64,000 bases of DNA from Clostridia bacterium. Lineage in GTDB: Bacteria > Bacillota > Clostridia > UBA1212 > DUPL01. The DNA lies in NCBI GenBank assembly GCA_050951325.1, contig JBMNIW010000004.1, positions 1 through 64,000 of the forward strand, in the 5' to 3' direction. How positions within the stretch are numbered: position 1 is the first letter of the stretch; the number at the start of each line of letters is the position of its first letter. This document shows positions 59,353 through 64,000 of the stretch, one piece after another. Below the pieces are notes generated by a model, which was given only the letters and a program-made list of their open reading frames with translations, was not told the DNA's origin and searched no databases. Position numbers and translations under genes: made by a program.

Positions 59353-59748
59353 ATGGGGGAAAAAAAGAGAATAACTGTAACCATTAACGGCAGAAATTAC
59401 ACACTACGTCACGACGAAACAGACGAATACGTGCATAGAATCGTCCAATATTTGAATAATAAGATTGCGGACGTTTCCCGCGGCGGACTTCAGCTTGGCG
59501 AACACATTGCGCTTGTTATGGCAGCCATAAACATAACGGATGAGCTTTTTAAAACCCAGAAGAACTTCAATACGCTTAAGAACGAAATAAAGCGCATGAT
59601 GGATGAGTACGACAAGCTGAAACTTGAAAAGCAAGAGCTAGAAAAGCAGTACATGCAGCTTTCCGAGGAATACGACGAAGTCAATAAAAAACTACTTATT
59701 AAGCAGATTGAATTCAATGAATACAGAAAATCTGTTGAGGGAAGATGA
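59353..59748 (+). CDS. zapA: Cell division protein ZapA
   Basis: ITVTINGRNYTL...VMAAINITDEL plus coiled coil; AAGGAG RBS. Confidence 0.85.
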   Translation: MGEKKRITVTINGRNYTLRHDETDEYVHRIVQYLNNKIADVSRGGLQLGEHIALVMAAINITDELFKTQKNFNTLKNEIKRMMDEYDKLKLEKQELEKQYMQLSEEYDEVNKKLLIKQIEFNEYRKSVEGR

Positions 59749-61313
59749 AAAGAATAGAATTATTGTCCCCTGCCGGTAATTTCGAAAGCCTTAAGTTCGC
59801 AGTACAAAACGGCGCAGATGCCGTTTATCTTGGACTTAATAAATTTAGTGCAAGGGCATCCAGTGATAACTTTGACATTGAAAAACTTAAACAGGCAATA
59901 TCATACGCACATCCAAGAGGTGTGCTCGTTTATGTCGCCATAAACACGCTTCTTGATGACAATGATCTTGAAAATGCCATTGAACTTGCTAAAATGGCGG
60001 ACATGCTGCATGCGGACGCATTCATCGTCCAGGATCTTGGTTTGGCTAGGATGTTGAAAAAACATGTAAAGGCTCCATTGCACGCCAGCACCCAGATGAC
60101 TGTATACAACGAGGAGGGAGCAAGACTCCTTAAGGATTTGGGGTTTTCAAGATGCATTCTGTCAAGAGAACTTTCTCTTGACGAAATAGTCACTATTTGC
60201 TCAAAAAACATAATGGAAATGGAAGTATTCTGCCACGGTGCAATCTGCATAAGCTATTCCGGTCAGTGTCTGTTGAGCAGCGCCATAGGTGGAAGAAGCG
60301 GCAACAAGGGACAGTGCGCACAGCCCTGCAGACTTATGTATTCGGTTCTAAGAAACGGAAAGGAAGTTTCCAAAAGAGCCTACAGAATAAGTCCTGGCGA
60401 TTTAATGACACTTCCCTATCTTGCACAACTTGTCAATACAGGCATAACTTCCTTGAAAATTGAGGGAAGACTTAAAAGCCCTCAGTATACAGGCATTGTT
60501 ACCGCAAAGTACAGAAAAGCCCTCGATATTATTCAAAACAGGGAAATCGAAGAATACCCTACACAAAAAGACATGGAAGATCTCTCCGTGATTTTCTCAA
60601 GAGGCAGATTTACGTCATACCATCATTTTGAGAAGATGCCTTTTGTCGATATAACATTTAGTTCATCAGGCCATATAGGGCTTGAATGTGGTGAGATTTT
60701 AAAAGTAAAAATCTTCAAGACAAAAGGTAAAAGGAACTCTCCAGACATATTCGAGCTGAAGGTAAAACTTTCATCCCCTGTCAGTAAAGGTGATGGTATT
60801 GCCATAGAAAATACTGAAGATGGCGGAAAGGTAAATTCAATAAAAACAGAAAGCCATAAAACAATCCTTTCTGCGGACGCAGGGGATACAGTCATACTGA
60901 ACCTTGCAGGCAGATTGAAAAACAACGTCCGCTCGGGCATGCATATATACAAGACACATGACGAGCAGTTGTCAAGTGAAATCAATCAGAAAATGCAGAA
61001 GGAAAACAGAAAGGTGCCTGTTAGTGTTCATGCTGGTATAAAACAAGGTTCCCCGGTTATAATTACTATGAGTGACGGAAAATACGAAGTATCAGCCTCT
61101 GGAAACCTTGTTGTTGAGAAAGCCTTGAACAGGGCTGTCAATGCAGACGATGTAACGAGGCAGATGTCAAAACTTGGCGGTACAGTGTTTGAGCTGGATT
61201 ATATTACTGTCGATATTGATGAAAACATATTTGTGCCTATGTCGGAGCTGGCAAATATCAGACGAGAACTTGTCGAAAAACTGATGGAAAAGAGAACGGA
61301 AGGTGCCATTTGA
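59745..61313 (+). CDS. U32 family protein with DUF3656 (RlhA-like), N-terminal part
   Basis: ELLSPAG, HGAICISYSGQC, GRSGNKGQCAQPCR and KLGGTVF...ELANIRRE. Confidence 0.85.
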   Translation: MKRIELLSPAGNFESLKFAVQNGADAVYLGLNKFSARASSDNFDIEKLKQAISYAHPRGVLVYVAINTLLDDNDLENAIELAKMADMLHADAFIVQDLGLARMLKKHVKAPLHASTQMTVYNEEGARLLKDLGFSRCILSRELSLDEIVTICSKNIMEMEVFCHGAICISYSGQCLLSSAIGGRSGNKGQCAQPCRLMYSVLRNGKEVSKRAYRISPGDLMTLPYLAQLVNTGITSLKIEGRLKSPQYTGIVTAKYRKALDIIQNREIEEYPTQKDMEDLSVIFSRGRFTSYHHFEKMPFVDITFSSSGHIGLECGEILKVKIFKTKGKRNSPDIFELKVKLSSPVSKGDGIAIENTEDGGKVNSIKTESHKTILSADAGDTVILNLAGRLKNNVRSGMHIYKTHDEQLSSEINQKMQKENRKVPVSVHAGIKQGSPVIITMSDGKYEVSASGNLVVEKALNRAVNADDVTRQMSKLGGTVFELDYITVDIDENIFVPMSELANIRRELVEKLMEKRTEGAI

Positions 61314-62194
61314 TGAAAATCTCTTTGTACTTCTATACAATCTCCCAATATCTGAAATGCCTTTCCGTTATACAGGAAGCGGACTTTGTATACCTTCCCT
61401 ATGAGTACTTTTTGTCAGGAAGTACAAAATCCAAGGGAAAAACAGTCTATGTGGCTGGACCCGACAGTACAATTAGCTACAATGCGGAAGACCTGTCCAG
61501 GGAAAAATACTTCATGACTTTCCCATATATTCTAAAAGGAAAAACGAAAACCAGATTCATAAACGACTTTGGTGCAAACACTCTTTGCAGGCACAGCTAT
61601 TTATTGCAGAACCTTGGCGACATAACCGCACTGCAGGATTTGTGTAAAAGTCATGATTACAACATCCATGCGGACTACAGCTTCAATGTACAGAATACAA
61701 AAACCATGGATGTATTGTATGACATGGGTTTCAAGTCAGTTACCCTATCCCCCGAACTTGCAACTGATAAACTTTTGAATCTTTCAACACATGCAGAATC
61801 CGACTTTCTGGTTAATGAGAAATATACCGAAACAGTGTGCTATGGTAGAATAATACTAATGAGAAGCGAGCACTGCTATCTATCCGATGAGAAAGGCTAC
61901 AAATGTGGAAAGTGCATAACTGACGACGAGTACAGTCTGAAGGATGACAATGGAAATGTATATCCGGTTCTGTCCAATCCAACAGATTGCAGAAGCATCC
62001 TTCTTGACAGGGCGCCCTACATGATAAAGAACACTGATTTTCTTGAAAAAATGAGAAACATGAGGTCCACTATTCTAAGACTTAACATATATGATGAGGA
62101 TGCCAGTACAATCTCAGCATTAATAAAATATTTCAAATACGGTCTGTCCAGCAGTGAAACTGACAGAATAAAACCTTATTGCGGAAGAAATTAG
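61313..62194 (+). CDS. C-terminal module of an RlhA-like U32 protein encoded as a separate ORF
   Basis: ADYSFNVQN, VTLSPEL and LMRSEHC...CGKC...LKD...YP; TGATG overlap with the upstream ORF. Confidence 0.72.
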   Translation: MKISLYFYTISQYLKCLSVIQEADFVYLPYEYFLSGSTKSKGKTVYVAGPDSTISYNAEDLSREKYFMTFPYILKGKTKTRFINDFGANTLCRHSYLLQNLGDITALQDLCKSHDYNIHADYSFNVQNTKTMDVLYDMGFKSVTLSPELATDKLLNLSTHAESDFLVNEKYTETVCYGRIILMRSEHCYLSDEKGYKCGKCITDDEYSLKDDNGNVYPVLSNPTDCRSILLDRAPYMIKNTDFLEKMRNMRSTILRLNIYDEDASTISALIKYFKYGLSSSETDRIKPYCGRN

Positions 62195-62203
62195 GAGGTA
62201 CCA

Positions 62204-62653
62204 ATGAGAGAAAAAATTGAAGTTTATGTGGAAAGATGCAGAGACGACGTCATTCTGCCTACATATGCAAACAAATATGATGCTGGCATGGATATTCGTA
62301 GCTGTGTAGATATTACTATAAAGCCAAATGAAACGGTAATTGTTCCTACCGGTCTCAAGTTTGCCATACCTGAAGGGTACGAAATACAGGTGCGTCCCCG
62401 CTCCGGTTTGTCGTACAAAACTCCACTCAGAATTTCAAACGCACCCGGTACAATTGATGCAGGCTATAGGGATGAAGTTGGCATTATTGTCACAAACATA
62501 TCGCAAACAGAAACTATTGAAATAAAAAAGAACGACAGGATTGCCCAAATCGTTCTTCAAAGAGTTCCTGAAATTGTTTTCAGGGAAGTTGATGATGTTT
62601 CAAAAATCGGCTTCAACAGGGGCGGAGGCTTTGGCTCAACAGGTAAAGAATAG
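62204..62653 (+). CDS. dut: dUTP diphosphatase
   Basis: AGMDI, RPRSGL, GTIDAGYR, RIAQ and RGGGFGSTG. Confidence 0.96.
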   Translation: MREKIEVYVERCRDDVILPTYANKYDAGMDIRSCVDITIKPNETVIVPTGLKFAIPEGYEIQVRPRSGLSYKTPLRISNAPGTIDAGYRDEVGIIVTNISQTETIEIKKNDRIAQIVLQRVPEIVFREVDDVSKIGFNRGGGFGSTGKE

Positions 62654-62664
62654 GAGGAATTTTA

Positions 62665-63141
62665 ATGGAATTCAGATGTGCCATAGGACAGGATTCTCAT
62701 AGATTTTCTGATAAAAAAAACAAGCCTCTTGTTCTGGGAGGCATAGAATTTGAAGGAAAACCTCTTCTTGCCAACAGTGACGGCGATGTGGTCCTGCATG
62801 CAGTTACAAACGCAATCTCAGGCATAACAGGTGTTAATATTCTGGGAGATATTGCTGATAGCATGTGCCAGCAAGGTATAACCGATTCAAAGGAGTATTT
62901 GAAAGAAGCTTTGAAATATCTTGATTGGGAGATTGTAAACCTTTCAATCTCCATTGAGTGCAAAATTCCTAAAATATCGCCAAGAATCAAGGAAATGAAA
63001 TTATCAATTGCTAGTCTTTTAAATATATCTGAAAACAGAATAGGAATAACAGCTACAACTGGAGAAGGCCTTACCGCATTCGGGCAAGGCCTTGGTATTC
63101 AGGTTTTCTGTATACTTACCGTAAAACGATCATTGTCTTGA
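62665..63141 (+). CDS. ispF: 2-C-methyl-D-erythritol 2,4-cyclodiphosphate synthase
   Basis: IGQDSH, SDGDVVLHA and ATTGEGL. Confidence 0.9.
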   Translation: MEFRCAIGQDSHRFSDKKNKPLVLGGIEFEGKPLLANSDGDVVLHAVTNAISGITGVNILGDIADSMCQQGITDSKEYLKEALKYLDWEIVNLSISIECKIPKISPRIKEMKLSIASLLNISENRIGITATTGEGLTAFGQGLGIQVFCILTVKRSLS

Positions 63142-64000
63142 CGGGAACATATCCTCTTTCATTTCTATGAATACGCTAAACACAAAGTTTATATACGGGA
63201 AGATGATAGCGAGTTTCATTATCCAGTTCAAGAACAGTGCGAATATTGCATAACCGGCAGAACCTCTACCATAATTCAAAGCCAGCATTATCACTTCAGA
63301 AATGCCTATTGCAAATATGAAAAGTGTTGCTCGCGGCATTAGATACCAGCAGTATCCGTTAACCATCCTTAAGGCAACAAGCACTCCTCCTCGCTTGAAT
63401 CCAATGATTCCAGGCACTGAAAACGACCAGTACATTACATAGAAAACGAGGGCAAAATACAATAGCATTACTGTAAGGATAATCAAAAGCATCATCTGGA
63501 AAAATATTCTTGAATCACCCGCAAAGAATATTTTTATGGACATGATTGCAGGAACCACCGTATATGCCATTAATACGATGAATATAATCGTAAAGAGTAC
63601 AAAAAAGATAAACAGTAGACTCATTTTAATAAAGTGTCTGTTAATTCCGCTTTTGAAATCTCCTTTTTTAGGCTTATACCCAAGTACGGATAAATACAGA
63701 ACCTGTGCATATCCGGAGAAAAACACTGCAAATATGCTGGCACATGCACTTATAAGCAATATGAAAACAATTATGCTGGTAACCATTATACCTGGGGTCG
63801 CTGCACTCGCTTTTACATCCTGTGCAAACTTTGCAAGGTTCTCCATGTAATCCAATGTTATCAAAGTTTTAAGCGAACCATACTTCTCTACAAAAGGGTT
63901 GAACTGCTCGATTATGCACAACAAAAGTGTTGCAATTGCTGGAAATATTAATATTAAAGGTCTGTTCCTTACCCTTGCGAAGGCCTCCCTTAGTGTCTTC
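63130..64000 (-). CDS. Multi-pass membrane protein, 5' end outside window
   Basis: Frame stays open to the window edge (KTLREAFARVRNRPLILIF...); several TM segments. Confidence 0.75.
   Translation of the reverse strand, partial: KTLREAFARVRNRPLILIFPAIATLLLCIIEQFNPFVEKYGSLKTLITLDYMENLAKFAQDVKASAATPGIMVTSIIVFILLISACASIFAVFFSGYAQVLYLSVLGYKPKKGDFKSGINRHFIKMSLLFIFFVLFTIIFIVLMAYTVVPAIMSIKIFFAGDSRIFFQMMLLIILTVMLLYFALVFYVMYWSFSVPGIIGFKRGGVLVALRMVNGYCWYLMPRATLFIFAIGISEVIMLALNYGRGSAGYAIFALFLNWIMKLAIIFPYINFVFSVFIEMKEDMFPSRQ

Noticed and set aside
1-64000. CRISPR arrays, rRNA/tRNA genes, IS elements, prophage or defence systems
   Set aside because: No regularly spaced repeats, structural RNA signatures, transposase/integrase or recognisable defence genes were seen by eye; short tRNAs or small elements could be missed without a scan

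Overview
Window from a low-GC, probably spore-forming Clostridia-type (Firmicutes) chromosome. Core genes are intact: lipA/lipB, lplA, hflKC, lon, potABCD, infC-rpmI-rplT with an L20 leader, mltG-O-methyltransferase-U32, zapA, dut and ispF. They are interleaved with accessory genes, several of which are decaying. The most striking locus (20411-23605, minus strand) is a radical SAM/SPASM enzyme translationally coupled to three tandem paralogous lipoproteins. These share an unusually long, conserved, leader-like N-terminus in front of the lipobox and a variable Gly-centred segment just after it, making this a candidate protein-modification (RiPP-like lipoprotein maturation) system. Other notable items: a T-box riboswitch with an apparent AUA specifier in front of a chimeric aminoacyl-tRNA-synthetase remnant; a carbohydrate surface-protein island with a shared unannotated domain; tandem six-hairpin glycosidase-like paralogs; an unannotated 42-aa Cys-rich ORF behind a sporulation-type promoter; an L-FucNAc cluster lacking fnlA; and a split RlhA-like U32 gene. 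No rRNA, tRNA, CRISPR array, transposase or integrase was recognised. All family calls come from motif recognition by eye; no searches were run.
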